The position numbers and the translations under genes were made by a program. From a virus (taxonomy: Duplodnaviria; Caudoviricetes), in the IMG/VR virus record IMGVR_UViG_3300020419_000014, positions 2,193 to 66,192 of that record: 64,000 nucleotides of DNA; one strand, 5' to 3'. The notes under the pieces were generated by a model, which was not told where the DNA came from, searched no databases, and saw only the letters and a list, made by a program, of their open reading frames with translations. Shown in pieces: positions 31,481-41,362 of the stretch. Each line of letters opens with the position of its first letter. Positions within the stretch are counted from its first letter, which is position 1.

Positions 31481-31900
31481 ATGCCAATGAAACAACAAGG
31501 TCGAACAATTTACAAATCAATGCAAGGTAAGCAAATTGATATGGACCTATTACGTCAAAGAAACGAACTTACTCCAGCAGTAGGTAATGCACAAGTTAAT
31601 GCACGTGGTGACGAATTAGGCCCAGGTGGTAAAATTATTCGAAAAAAAGAGGATGTACTAAAAGATTACTATGAAAATTCTTCTAGTATGCCAGAAGAGA
31701 TAGCAGTCAAACGTGCTCCAAAACAAGAGGCGGCGCCGGAAACTGTTACTGAAAAAAAAACTAAAACTAGAACTGCAACACCAAAAATATCTGATGTTGC
31801 TTCTGTTGTGCCAGAAGGTAAAGACCTAACTGATGATTGGGTTGAAGACGATGACGGCAATTTTGTAAAACCTGAAGATTTAGCTAAGAAAGAAGACTAA
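31481..31900 (+). CDS. hypothetical late protein
   Basis: AAGGAGG SD, TAAGTA motifs at 31450-31459, AVGN..VNARGD.LG motif. Confidence 0.75.
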   Translation: MPMKQQGRTIYKSMQGKQIDMDLLRQRNELTPAVGNAQVNARGDELGPGGKIIRKKEDVLKDYYENSSSMPEEIAVKRAPKQEAAPETVTEKKTKTRTATPKISDVASVVPEGKDLTDDWVEDDDGNFVKPEDLAKKED

Positions 31901-31902
31901 AA

Positions 31903-32337
31903 ATGGCAAACCATTTAAAAACTTATAAAGGAAAGCCGCGGGCAGTTGGTAATCGAGTTCTTGTAAGTGATATGTATTTTGGAGAACAAAAAACCGCAGG
32001 CGGAATTATTCTAAATAATGATGACGGTAAAGTACATGGGATCTATCCTAGATGGGGGAAAGTGTTTTCAAAAGGTCCTCGAAATAAAGATGACTATAAT
32101 GTAGGCGATTGGATCTTAATCGAACATGGTCGTTGGACTAGGAGTATGCAGGTAGAATTTGACGATGAAACACACGAACTACGTATGATTGAATCTGAAA
32201 GTATATTAGCATACTCTAACGAAAGACCAAACGATACTTACATTGGAAAAGAATACGGTAACGGTGATGCAGTCGATACTGGGTTTGGTGCTCATACTGC
32301 TCCATTAAACGAAATGGCAGCAATGTCAAATAACTAA
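31903..32337 (+). CDS. groES: co-chaperonin GroES-like
   Basis: RVLV...EQKTAGGIIL, G.V...GP, VGDWIL, E.ESILA. Confidence 0.8.
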   Translation: MANHLKTYKGKPRAVGNRVLVSDMYFGEQKTAGGIILNNDDGKVHGIYPRWGKVFSKGPRNKDDYNVGDWILIEHGRWTRSMQVEFDDETHELRMIESESILAYSNERPNDTYIGKEYGNGDAVDTGFGAHTAPLNEMAAMSNN

Positions 32338-32350
32338 TAGGGAGGATTAC

Positions 32351-32761
32351 GTGGCTGATATTGATTTAAACAAATATAAAGAATTCGTAGATACAGTAAC
32401 ATCTGACGAAAGTAAAAATAATAACGACTTCCAAAATCGTTGGACACATTTAGAAAATCAACGAGATGTAAACATGCCACGATTGCTTACGGCCGCTTTA
32501 GGACTAGGAGCAGAAGCAGGCGAGTTTACTGAAATAATTAAAAAAATTGTCCTACAAGGAAAGCCACTAGACAAAGATAACATTTATCACATGCAACGTG
32601 AGCTAGGTGATGTTATTTGGTATTGGATGCAAGGATGTATGGCACTTAACATAGATCCAAATGATGTTATCCAAATGAACATAGATAAACTAAAGTCTAG
32701 ATACCCCGGCGGCAACTTCTTTGCCCATTATTCCGAAAATAGAAAAGACGGCGATATTTAA
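32351..32761 (+). CDS. mazG: MazG-like NTP pyrophosphohydrolase
   Basis: LGLGAEAGEFTE...ELGDVIWY...N..KL..RYP. Confidence 0.88.
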   Translation: MADIDLNKYKEFVDTVTSDESKNNNDFQNRWTHLENQRDVNMPRLLTAALGLGAEAGEFTEIIKKIVLQGKPLDKDNIYHMQRELGDVIWYWMQGCMALNIDPNDVIQMNIDKLKSRYPGGNFFAHYSENRKDGDI

Positions 32762-32774
32762 CCAAAAAAAACTC

Positions 32775-32803
32775 TTGACCTTTTAGTAATTTTACGTTAT
32801 AAT
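32775..32803 (+). promoter_or_regulatory. sigma70-type promoter
   Basis: A-tract, then TTGACC(32775-32780)-N17-TATAAT(32798-32803). Confidence 0.8.
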
Positions 32804-32827
32804 AAACATAAAGTTAAGGAGTATATT

Positions 32828-33367
32828 TTGGCTACACATGGAATGATCGATTTGGAAACACTAGGCGTTGAGCCTGATAGTGTTATTGTCACCTTAGGTG
32901 CAATTAAATTTAACCCTTTCAGTGATGATGAACCAGATAAAGGATTATATCTTCGTGGTGATATAGAAGAACAATCAGAAAAATATAATCGAACTATTGA
33001 TAACAACACACTAGAATGGTGGAGCAAACAACCTCAAAAAATACAAGACGAGGCATTTGGAGATCATGACAGAGTTACTGTAACAGAAATGTTGCGACAA
33101 CTTAATAAATGGTGTGTAGGGTTAGATTATATTTGGTGTCAAGGTCCTACATTTGATTTTGTAATGCTTCAACACTTGTACAAAAGTGCAGAAACTCCTG
33201 TGCCTTGGAACTATTGGCAGATACGTGATTCTCGAACATTATTTAAAATGATGCCTCAGGATCCGCGTAAAGCTATTCAAGAACAGCTACATAATGCATT
33301 AGCTGATTGTTATTATCAAGCAAAATGTGTACAACAATCATATAAACACTTTGGAGTTAAAAAATGA
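32828..33367 (+). CDS. DEDD 3'-5' exonuclease (DexA/Rv2179c-like)
   Basis: MIDLETL, W.QGPTFD, RDSRT, HNALAD. Confidence 0.88.
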   Translation: MATHGMIDLETLGVEPDSVIVTLGAIKFNPFSDDEPDKGLYLRGDIEEQSEKYNRTIDNNTLEWWSKQPQKIQDEAFGDHDRVTVTEMLRQLNKWCVGLDYIWCQGPTFDFVMLQHLYKSAETPVPWNYWQIRDSRTLFKMMPQDPRKAIQEQLHNALADCYYQAKCVQQSYKHFGVKK

Positions 33368-33582
33368 ACAGTATAGTATTAGTAACCGTTATTGCAGGAC
33401 AAATTGTAAGCTCGGCAACATTTGCAGACCTTAATGCTTGTAAACAAGCAAGAGAGCAAATTGTAGATCAAAAAGATGTTAGTGCTTACTGTATCTATAA
33501 AGAAGTTAAACCTGATCGCAGTAAAGAGATGTTTAAGATCTTTGCCGATATGATTAAAGAACTAGGAGAATTAGAACAGTAA
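33364..33582 (+). CDS. small hypothetical protein
   Basis: Coupled ORF with a F...C...C pattern. Confidence 0.6.
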   Translation: MNSIVLVTVIAGQIVSSATFADLNACKQAREQIVDQKDVSAYCIYKEVKPDRSKEMFKIFADMIKELGELEQ

Positions 33583-34496
33583 TGAAAGACTTATGGGTAG
33601 AAAAATACCGTCCAACAACGGTAAAAGGATATGTGTTCAGAGATGATGCACAAAGGAATCAAGTAAATAACTGGATAAAAGAAAAGACTATTCCTCATTT
33701 GTTGTTTAGTGGTAATGCAGGTATTGGTAAAACAACACTTGCAAAACTTTTGTTAAACGAACTAGATGTAAACGACTTAGACATATTAGAAATAAATGCT
33801 AGTCGTACAAATAGTGTAGATGACGTAAGGGATAAGATTGTAAACTTTGTTCAAATGATACCATTTGGAGATTTTAAATGTGTACTACTTGATGAGGCTG
33901 ATTATCTTAGTCCTAGTGCCCAAGCGGCTTTACGAGGTGTTATGGAAGAATATCACACCACTGCAAGGTTTATTCTTACTTGTAATTACCCCAACCGTAT
34001 TATCCCTGCTCTGCACAGTCGTTGTCAAGGTTTTCATATTGCTAAAATAGATCAAACAGAGTTTACTGCTCGTGTAGCAGAAATATTAATAGCTGAAGGT
34101 GTCACTCCAAATATAGATATATTAGACACTTATGTAAAAGCAACTTATCCAGACTTGCGTAAATGTATTAATACTGTACAAATGAATGTGCAAGACAATA
34201 GTTTACTTAAACCAAACGAAGGGGATACAGGCGAAACAGACTGGAAACTTGAAATGGTTGAACTATTTAAAGCAGGTAAAATACAAGCCGCACGTAAATT
34301 ACTTTGCGGAGCAGTTAGGCCGGAAGAGATGGAAGAAATTTATCGTTGGTTATACGACAATATTGAACTGTTCGGTGATGATGAAAAACAAGACACAGCC
34401 GTACTAACAATTAAACAAGGACTTGTTGATCATACACTTGTAGCAGATCCAGAAATAAATTTGGCAGCTACATTAATTCGACTTGCGAGAATCTAA
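33582..34496 (+). CDS. clamp loader ATPase subunit (T4 gp44/RFC-like)
   Basis: LWVEKYRP, GNAGIGKTT, EINAS, LLDEAD, FILTCN, LHSRC. Confidence 0.95.
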   Translation: MKDLWVEKYRPTTVKGYVFRDDAQRNQVNNWIKEKTIPHLLFSGNAGIGKTTLAKLLLNELDVNDLDILEINASRTNSVDDVRDKIVNFVQMIPFGDFKCVLLDEADYLSPSAQAALRGVMEEYHTTARFILTCNYPNRIIPALHSRCQGFHIAKIDQTEFTARVAEILIAEGVTPNIDILDTYVKATYPDLRKCINTVQMNVQDNSLLKPNEGDTGETDWKLEMVELFKAGKIQAARKLLCGAVRPEEMEEIYRWLYDNIELFGDDEKQDTAVLTIKQGLVDHTLVADPEINLAATLIRLARI

Positions 34497-34502
34497 AAAA
34501 AA

Positions 34503-34856
34503 ATGACTTATCTAGTAAACGATAATTGCATTAAGTGCAAACACATGGATTGTGTGGAAGTATGCCCAGTAGATTGTTTCTATGAAGGCGAAAACATGCT
34601 AGTTATTCATCCCGACGAATGCATTGATTGTGGCGTTTGTGAACCTGAGTGTCCTGTTGATGCTATTGTACCAGACAATGCTTATCAAGGTAGTGAATTA
34701 GAAAAATGGTTAGACTTAAATACAAAGTATTCTAATATCTGGCCTAACATTACAGAAGCCCGACCAGAAGATGTTCCGTCTGATGCAAAAGAATGGGACG
34801 GAGTTGCAAATAAATTAGAGGAGCACTTTAGTGATAAACCAGGAAAAGGTAGCTAG
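34503..34856 (+). CDS. fdxA: 7Fe ferredoxin (FdxA type)
   Basis: [20 protein letters not shown]...[12 protein letters not shown]. Confidence 0.93.
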   Translation: MTYLVNDNCIKCKHMDCVEVCPVDCFYEGENMLVIHPDECIDCGVCEPECPVDAIVPDNAYQGSELEKWLDLNTKYSNIWPNITEARPEDVPSDAKEWDGVANKLEEHFSDKPGKGS

Positions 34857-35025
34857 TAAATCTCTTATTAATGACATCATAAGAATAGATGTGTTACAAG
34901 AAGAAATAGAATACTACAAAACCCTGTTACGTGAACACGACACAGGACATATACACACAACAATAGGTTTTTTAAGAAGAAGAATAGAAGATTTAAAAGG
35001 AGAAGCGCCATGGCCGTTAGATTAA
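34831..35025 (+). CDS. small hypothetical protein
   Basis: HDTGHIHT motif; overlaps both neighbours. Confidence 0.55.
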   Translation: MINQEKVASKSLINDIIRIDVLQEEIEYYKTLLREHDTGHIHTTIGFLRRRIEDLKGEAPWPLD

Positions 35026-35681
35026 TTTCATATAGTAAAGCATCAGAATTTGCAGTCTGGGGGGATGATACGCCATTGAATTGTCAAGATTTAATTGCTT
35101 TCTGTGCTAGAGTAAGTAATCCAAGTAACCAAATGAATACAGAGACTAGTGCAAAACTAATTAAGTATCTTGTAAAGAATGCACACTGGTCACCTTTAGA
35201 AATGGTTAACGCATGTCTTGAAATAGAAACTACAAGAGATATTGCACATCAAATTGTAAGGCATAGAAGTTTTAGCTTTCAAGAATTTAGCCAGAGATAT
35301 GCAAATCCAGAAGATATGGCAGATACTTTTCAAACCCGTGAAGCTAGACTACAAGATTCTAAAAATAGACAGAACAGTATAGAGATAGACATAGACAGTG
35401 ACTTACATGACGAGTGGAGTCGTCAGCAAAGGAAAGTTATTGATCAAGCACGTATTGCTTACGAATGGGCTATACACAATGGTATTGCAAAAGAACAAGC
35501 TCGTGTAGTTCTTCCTGAAGGCTGTACTAAAACAAGATTGTATATGAACGGCACTCTTAGAAGTTGGATACATTATATTGAATTAAGAAGTGCAAATGGT
35601 ACACAAAAAGAACATATGGATATTGCGAAAGAATGTGCTTTAGTCATAGCAAAAATATTTCCATTAATGAGTGAGCTTTGA
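35010..35681 (+). CDS. thyX: flavin-dependent thymidylate synthase
   Basis: HWSPLE, QIVRHRSFSFQEFSQRY, EQAR.VLP, TQKEH. Confidence 0.96.
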   Translation: MAVRLISYSKASEFAVWGDDTPLNCQDLIAFCARVSNPSNQMNTETSAKLIKYLVKNAHWSPLEMVNACLEIETTRDIAHQIVRHRSFSFQEFSQRYANPEDMADTFQTREARLQDSKNRQNSIEIDIDSDLHDEWSRQQRKVIDQARIAYEWAIHNGIAKEQARVVLPEGCTKTRLYMNGTLRSWIHYIELRSANGTQKEHMDIAKECALVIAKIFPLMSEL

Positions 35682-36799
35682 TAAAGGACTTACATACAAC
35701 TTGGAATATAGAATCCCATAATATCCATGGTGAAGAATTTACAGGGTATGAACCTGTTTATGACCAATTAGATCAACTTGACAAGCCTGCGTTTAACAAG
35801 GATCCAGAAGGAACTGTAAATAAAGTATTTGATATTTACAGATCTATTAATATTGTACCTATTCTTTATTATACTGAAAAAGGGTTAATTAATGCTATTA
35901 GAGATTTTAGATCAATTAGCTACAATTCAGTTAAAGACGGAAGAATAAGTTTAGGCAATAATAGAGGTCAGCCTTTAAGTAGATTTTTGTTTCCAAATAT
36001 GATGACTGCTGAACCTAAAGGTAGAGGTAGTAATAGTTTAAAAGATAGATTCTATAACGATACAAAACTTAAAAGAGCTATACGCATTTGTTATGAAATG
36101 CGTGAAGGGCACAAATTAGTTTATCCTACGGCTCTACGTAGAGCTTTAGAGTTAGTTACAGGCGAAAATATACAAAACTTTAAACCACAAAATGCTAGAG
36201 CTATTGTTGAACATTTATGTCCTGTGCTTTGGGGTAATGTATATGATTATAGTGCAGGTTATGGTGGTAGGCTTTTAGGCATTAGTTGTAGTAACATGAA
36301 CTATAGCTATACAGGAATAGATCCTAACACTGAAACAGTAAAATACTTAAATTATTTTAATGATTTATTAGAAGAAGCAGTTGGCGTAAAAGGCAATATA
36401 ATACAGGACGTGAGTGAAGAATATCAGCCAACAGATATTGACTTAGCTTTTAGCTCTCCTCCTTATTTTAACTTGGAGAAATATTCAGATGAAGATACAC
36501 AATGTATGGTACGTTATAGCACCCTTGACGAATGGTTTAGTGGATATGCTGAGCCTACTATTAAACGCATTTATAAGAGTCTTAACGCAGATGGAATATT
36601 CGCTACAAACATTGCGGATTACAAAACCTACGGAAAAAAAGAATACGAAGTCGTCGATGACTGGATTCAAATATCTAAACGAATAGGTTTTAAACATGTA
36701 AGTACAATAAAGATGATGTTGAATACAAGGCCGGGAGTAGGTAATCAAAAACTTGCTGGTCGAGAAAAATGGGAAGGCGTATATGTCTTTGCCAAGTAG
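35678..36799 (+). CDS. amino-(N6A/N4C) DNA methyltransferase-like
   Basis: SAM motif YDYSAGYGGR and catalytic FSSPPYF. Confidence 0.8.
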   Translation: MIKDLHTTWNIESHNIHGEEFTGYEPVYDQLDQLDKPAFNKDPEGTVNKVFDIYRSINIVPILYYTEKGLINAIRDFRSISYNSVKDGRISLGNNRGQPLSRFLFPNMMTAEPKGRGSNSLKDRFYNDTKLKRAIRICYEMREGHKLVYPTALRRALELVTGENIQNFKPQNARAIVEHLCPVLWGNVYDYSAGYGGRLLGISCSNMNYSYTGIDPNTETVKYLNYFNDLLEEAVGVKGNIIQDVSEEYQPTDIDLAFSSPPYFNLEKYSDEDTQCMVRYSTLDEWFSGYAEPTIKRIYKSLNADGIFATNIADYKTYGKKEYEVVDDWIQISKRIGFKHVSTIKMMLNTRPGVGNQKLAGREKWEGVYVFAK

Positions 36800-36807
36800 G
36801 AGGTAGA

Positions 36808-37614
36808 ATGAAATTTGATAATATACCAGAGTGGGATTGGCGTAATCTAAAAACAAAAGACCCTGTGGACTATAAAAATTACGACAGTCTATTTGAATTT
36901 TGTAAAGCTACAAGTAACTATCATTTTGATGAAACACGTGACGATACTGTGGGAGAAGTTCCTACACATATTCCTGTTTGTGAATTTGAAGGTGACTGGG
37001 AGCAAGAAACTGCAGAATTGATACAAAGCACAACTCCTGCTACATTTAATTATCGATCAGATATTAGAATGGATAATAATAACAAGTTAGAATACAATGA
37101 CTTTAAAAAATGGGGATATGATATTGATTCTGATGAAAACAGTTATGCAGTATTAAACAGATATATGCAAAAAGACTTTCCTAGAGTTTTCAAAAAAATG
37201 GCAAAACTATTTTGTTTTGATCATCCTGCTGGAAAGAAAAATGGTAGACCAAATATAAAATTTGATGTGCAGATACCTGGGCAGATGTTTTATTGGCATT
37301 TAGATAACTTTGGTGGATTACTACAAAGTCAAAGAGAAGACTATAATAAGTTTGCCGCATGCGATTATGACCAAAGACTAATAATGAGAGTAATTATATT
37401 TTTAGATAACCAAAAACAAGGACAAGTTTGGAAACAAGGTAATAACTTTTTAACTTGGAAAAAAGGTGATTGTTTTACATGGCCCTGGAGAGATATTCCA
37501 CACGGTACAGCAAACTTTGGACATGACCCTAGGCCTACATTAAATATTACAGGCGAAGTTACAGAAGAAACATACGAATTTTTAAAAACATGCCCAAGGA
37601 GAATTAATGTATGA
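36808..37614 (+). CDS. cupin / 2OG-Fe(II) oxygenase-like protein
   Basis: AGGAGG SD before the ATG at 36808; PGQ...HLD...W..GD...W....PHG.AN. Confidence 0.65.
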   Translation: MKFDNIPEWDWRNLKTKDPVDYKNYDSLFEFCKATSNYHFDETRDDTVGEVPTHIPVCEFEGDWEQETAELIQSTTPATFNYRSDIRMDNNNKLEYNDFKKWGYDIDSDENSYAVLNRYMQKDFPRVFKKMAKLFCFDHPAGKKNGRPNIKFDVQIPGQMFYWHLDNFGGLLQSQREDYNKFAACDYDQRLIMRVIIFLDNQKQGQVWKQGNNFLTWKKGDCFTWPWRDIPHGTANFGHDPRPTLNITGEVTEETYEFLKTCPRRINV

Positions 37615-38231
37615 CCCCGGAATTAAAAGAGTATTTAAATACTTTTTTTAGATACAGACCCGAAGGTAATGGAAATCTCCGCAAATTAAATAGACCATTT
37701 AAATGGCAAAACGTAAAAAAAGACCTTGATTTAATTAATTCATTAAATCCTACTTTAGTTTTAGACATTGGATGCGGCGATAATAGATATAAGTCATTAG
37801 TTAATAATTTAATAGGTATTGACATTGTATATAAGCCTCTGGTTGACATTGTAGGAGATTTTACTAATTTAGATTTCGAAGATAATAGTGTTGATGCTAT
37901 AATAGCGTATGGATCAATTAATTTTGGAGATGAAGAATTAATTGTCAAACAATTACAAGAAGTTTATAGGGTTTTACGTAAAGATGGTATTATTTGTTTT
38001 AGAGGTTATCATGGAGAAAGACAATTTACTTATAACTGGACTGAAAAAAAATGCTATAAATTTACAAAACAATTTAACTTTAAACTATTAGAAAAACCTC
38101 AACTTATTTTTAGACTTAATAATAAAGGAGAACTTAACGAGAAATGGGAAGATAGAAGATTTCAGAGAAATCAAAACAATCCAACTGTTAGTCGACCACT
38201 TACCAGACTCTGGTGGATATGGCAAAAATAA
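37611..38231 (+). CDS. class I SAM-dependent methyltransferase
   Basis: VLDIGCG, GID, F.DNSVD, E.YRVL...G. Confidence 0.8.
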   Translation: MTPELKEYLNTFFRYRPEGNGNLRKLNRPFKWQNVKKDLDLINSLNPTLVLDIGCGDNRYKSLVNNLIGIDIVYKPLVDIVGDFTNLDFEDNSVDAIIAYGSINFGDEELIVKQLQEVYRVLRKDGIICFRGYHGERQFTYNWTEKKCYKFTKQFNFKLLEKPQLIFRLNNKGELNEKWEDRRFQRNQNNPTVSRPLTRLWWIWQK

Positions 38232-38234
38232 AAT

Positions 38235-39296
38235 ATGTACGGACTAAAAGACATTAAGATTGTACACTTGGAAGTTACACAAAACTGCCAGGCCGCATGT
38301 CCTATGTGCGAAAGGAATATTAGAGGCGAAGGGCTTAATCCTCATCTTAATTTAGACGAACTTAGTTTACAAGACTGTAAACAAATTTTTACTCCCTCAT
38401 TTATAAAACAATTAGATACGATGTATATGTGCGGTAATTACGGTGATCCTATTATTGCTAAAGATACATTAGAAATTTTTAGATATTTTAGAAAGCATAA
38501 TCATAATATATGGCTTAGTATGAATACTAATGCAGGAGCAAGAAGTGAAACATGGTGGTACGATCTTGCACAAATATTTGGAAGAAATGGTAGAGTAATT
38601 TTTAGTGTTGACGGCTTAGAAGATACTAATCATATCTATAGACAAAATGTTAATTGGGGGTTAGTAGAAAGATCCATGGATTCATTTATTGAAAGTGGAG
38701 GTAGAGCACAATGGGACTTTTTAGTATTTAAACATAATGAGCATCAAGTTGAAGAAGCAAAAAAATTATCTGTAAAAAAAGGATTTGAAAAATTTACTGC
38801 TAAAAAAACAGGTAGGTTTATTAAGTCTAAAGGAGAAAAGAAAGATCAACGTGTTTATAAAGATGGAAAAGTTCTTAAAAAACCTAGTATAGCCTATACA
38901 AATACTGCATCAACTTCACAAGACAAACTGCTAGAAAAATATAATACAATGGCAGATTACTATAATAAAACAGAAATACAATGTAGAGTTAAAGATAAAG
39001 GTGAAATTTTTGTAACAGCAGAAGGTATAGTTTTGCCTTGCTGTTGGACAGCAGGACGTATGTATAAATGGAAACATAAAGATCCTTATGTAGAACAAAT
39101 ATGGGACCACATTAATTTAGCTGGAGGGAAACAAGCACTAGATGCTAGAAAAGGAATACATAAAGTATTTGAAACTGGAATATTTAATTCTATAGAACAA
39201 AGTTGGAATATTCCATCTTGTGATGACGGTAAATTAAAAATTTGTACAAGACAATGCGGAAAAGAATTTAAACAATTTGAAGGACAGTTTATATAA
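38235..39296 (+). CDS. radical SAM protein with C-terminal Cys cluster (SPASM/twitch-like)
   Basis: CQAACPMC, GNYGDP, FSVDG, G.VLPCCW, C...C. Confidence 0.88.
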   Translation: MYGLKDIKIVHLEVTQNCQAACPMCERNIRGEGLNPHLNLDELSLQDCKQIFTPSFIKQLDTMYMCGNYGDPIIAKDTLEIFRYFRKHNHNIWLSMNTNAGARSETWWYDLAQIFGRNGRVIFSVDGLEDTNHIYRQNVNWGLVERSMDSFIESGGRAQWDFLVFKHNEHQVEEAKKLSVKKGFEKFTAKKTGRFIKSKGEKKDQRVYKDGKVLKKPSIAYTNTASTSQDKLLEKYNTMADYYNKTEIQCRVKDKGEIFVTAEGIVLPCCWTAGRMYKWKHKDPYVEQIWDHINLAGGKQALDARKGIHKVFETGIFNSIEQSWNIPSCDDGKLKICTRQCGKEFKQFEGQFI

Positions 39297-39658
39297 TGAA
39301 ATATAGAACTAGAAAAATGGTAACTCCTAAAGACTTAAATGCAATAGGTACATTATTTGGTGGTCGCGTATTAGATTGGATTGATGAAGAAGCATACATT
39401 TATACAACTTGTCAATTAGATTCAATGTCTGTTGTAACTAGAAGCATTGGTAGAATAGACTTTAAAGCAAGTGCTAAACACGGTGACTTAATAGAAATTG
39501 GTATGGATACTATAAACTTAGGCAAAACTAGTATAACACTTAAAGCTACTATTAGGAACATGAAAACAGGTGATATAATTACAGAAGTAAATGATATTGT
39601 CTTTGTAAATGTAAAAGATGGTAAACCTTATCCGCATGGAAAACTAAAAAATGAATAA
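39296..39658 (+). CDS. acyl-CoA thioesterase (hotdog fold)
   Basis: DLN..GTLFGG..L.WIDE, GKTS, FV.V..G.P. Confidence 0.85.
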   Translation: MKYRTRKMVTPKDLNAIGTLFGGRVLDWIDEEAYIYTTCQLDSMSVVTRSIGRIDFKASAKHGDLIEIGMDTINLGKTSITLKATIRNMKTGDIITEVNDIVFVNVKDGKPYPHGKLKNE

Positions 39659-39866
39659 AGAAGATTATAGAGTAGACCCTGGGTCAATTAAAGTAGATCA
39701 ACGTAAAAAAGATACACGCAGAGATGCTTGGGATAGGGATTATATGGGTTCAAATTATATAAAGTCTGAACCAGTTAGTAATAAACAAATATCTAATGCA
39801 ACACCAGTTTTTATATTTGCTTTATTCTATGTTGCAATACTGGTAATGATTGGTAGTATTAAATAA
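39651..39866 (+). CDS. small membrane-anchored protein
   Basis: C-terminal TM helix. Confidence 0.6.
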   Translation: MNKEDYRVDPGSIKVDQRKKDTRRDAWDRDYMGSNYIKSEPVSNKQISNATPVFIFALFYVAILVMIGSIK

Positions 39867-39893
39867 AAAAGTAGAGGAATAAATCCCCTACTT
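39865..39893 (-). terminator. intrinsic terminator for the minus-strand phoH transcript
   Basis: Minus strand reads AAGTAGGGGA-TTTAT-TCCTCTAC-TTTTTT: a stem with one G.U pair, then a U-tract. The + strand version has an A-C mismatch. Confidence 0.75.
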
Positions 39894-39904
39894 CTCATTA
39901 AAGA

Positions 39905-40627
39905 CTATTCGTCTCCATATACTTGTAACACTTCTTTCACTGCATTATGCCTTTCAATATCTCTTTGCCCAAACCGGACTATGTCCAAGTGTGTTGCATT
40001 GCCTGCAGAATTAAGTAGATCAACAAAGTTGATTAACCCATTATCTCGCATGCGATCTGCCTGTGCTAGATCTCCGGTAACCGCCATCTTAGAGTTTTCG
40101 CCTAAACGTGTAAGTAACATTTTCATTTGACTAGCAGTTGCATTTTGCATTTCATCTGCTAATATAAAACTATTTTTAAATGTTCTACCACGCATATAAG
40201 CCAGTGGAGCGATCTCAATTATACCTTCATTTATCATTCCTTCTATTTCTTTAGCATTAAAATACTCCCTTAATACGTCAAATATAGGCCTTGTCCATGG
40301 AGCCATTTTTTGTTCTAATGTACCTGGTAAGAAGCCTAAATCTTCGTCAACTGACACAGCTGGTCTTGTGACTATGATTTTATCAAGTGTGCCTTCTTTA
40401 AATAACTTAACCGCTACCTGCACAGCCAATAATGTTTTGCCTGTTCCTGCTGGACCAATACCGAAGACTATATCTTTTTGTTGGTCAAGTAGTTTTAACA
40501 CGTATGTTTCTTGGTTTTTATTTCGTGGAAGAATATTTACTTGTTTCTGTTGTTTTTGGAATTGTTTGATTTCAACTACGTTATTATAGTTGTTTATTGA
40601 GTTGTTACGCCTGCGTTTTGCACCCAT
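39905..40627 (-). CDS. phoH: PhoH-family ATPase
   Basis: GPAGTGKT, TRP, LGFLPG, YMRGRTF, DEMQN, LTRLG, GD..Q.D; start MGAKRR after a GGAGG SD. Confidence 0.95.
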   Translation of the reverse strand: MGAKRRRNNSINNYNNVVEIKQFQKQQKQVNILPRNKNQETYVLKLLDQQKDIVFGIGPAGTGKTLLAVQVAVKLFKEGTLDKIIVTRPAVSVDEDLGFLPGTLEQKMAPWTRPIFDVLREYFNAKEIEGMINEGIIEIAPLAYMRGRTFKNSFILADEMQNATASQMKMLLTRLGENSKMAVTGDLAQADRMRDNGLINFVDLLNSAGNATHLDIVRFGQRDIERHNAVKEVLQVYGDE

Positions 40628-40697
40628 TAAGTGTCCTCCTGTGGATATTGACATAAGGCCGCATTTCCTATGGTATAGGAAGCTGGTCCCTACAAAG

Positions 40698-40755
40698 TAT
40701 TTACCTTTAAGACTGTATTAAAAAATAGTCTGTTATCTTTTTGATACGATAAATA
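40698..40755. promoter_or_regulatory. divergent late promoters
   Basis: Minus-strand TAAATA at 40698-40703 and plus-strand GATAAATA at 40748-40755. Confidence 0.65.
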
Positions 40756-40786
40756 AGTATAGTAGAATTTAGAACAGGATTTAACC

Positions 40787-41362
40787 ATGCAAGATATATA
40801 CGATGTCATAGAAAACGTAAACAATATCTATGATAGTAACTCTGCATTCGAAGTACTTAAAGACTTTGAACGAGTTATTGATGAATTAGATATTTACGTT
40901 TACGATAACTGGAAGGACGGAGAACTAGTTTCCGGACCTAAAATCACTAGACATTGGGTGTCTTGCTCATTTATGTGGCCTTTAAAAAGCATGCCAGATC
41001 CAATGGGCGGCAAGCGTTTGCTAGACTATGATTGCAAAGTAAGAATGGGTAAAGATTTCATAATTAAACCTAGAAAAATTCGTAAACCTGACGATATCAG
41101 ACCTGGAACTAAAAAAGGTAAATTAGACAAAATAGCAATTTGGTTAGTACAAATTGATATGCCTAAAAAATTAATCCAGACCATTTACAGTGGATACGAC
41201 GAATTACAAAACTTCGAGCAAGAACCAGCTACAGGAGGGCAATCACAAGAACTAGGACAGAGCGAAGCAGATCAAGCAGTGGCTGCACCAGGAGCGCCAC
41301 CGGCACCGCCGGCAGACGCAGCACCAGCTCCTGAAACACCACCAGCTGAAGGAGCAGTATAA
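40787..41362 (+). CDS. conserved hypothetical late protein with Pro/Ala-rich tail
   Basis: Late promoter and SD; DFERV.DE...NW..GE...MPDP.G motif. Confidence 0.75.
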   Translation: MQDIYDVIENVNNIYDSNSAFEVLKDFERVIDELDIYVYDNWKDGELVSGPKITRHWVSCSFMWPLKSMPDPMGGKRLLDYDCKVRMGKDFIIKPRKIRKPDDIRPGTKKGKLDKIAIWLVQIDMPKKLIQTIYSGYDELQNFEQEPATGGQSQELGQSEADQAVAAPGAPPAPPADAAPAPETPPAEGAV

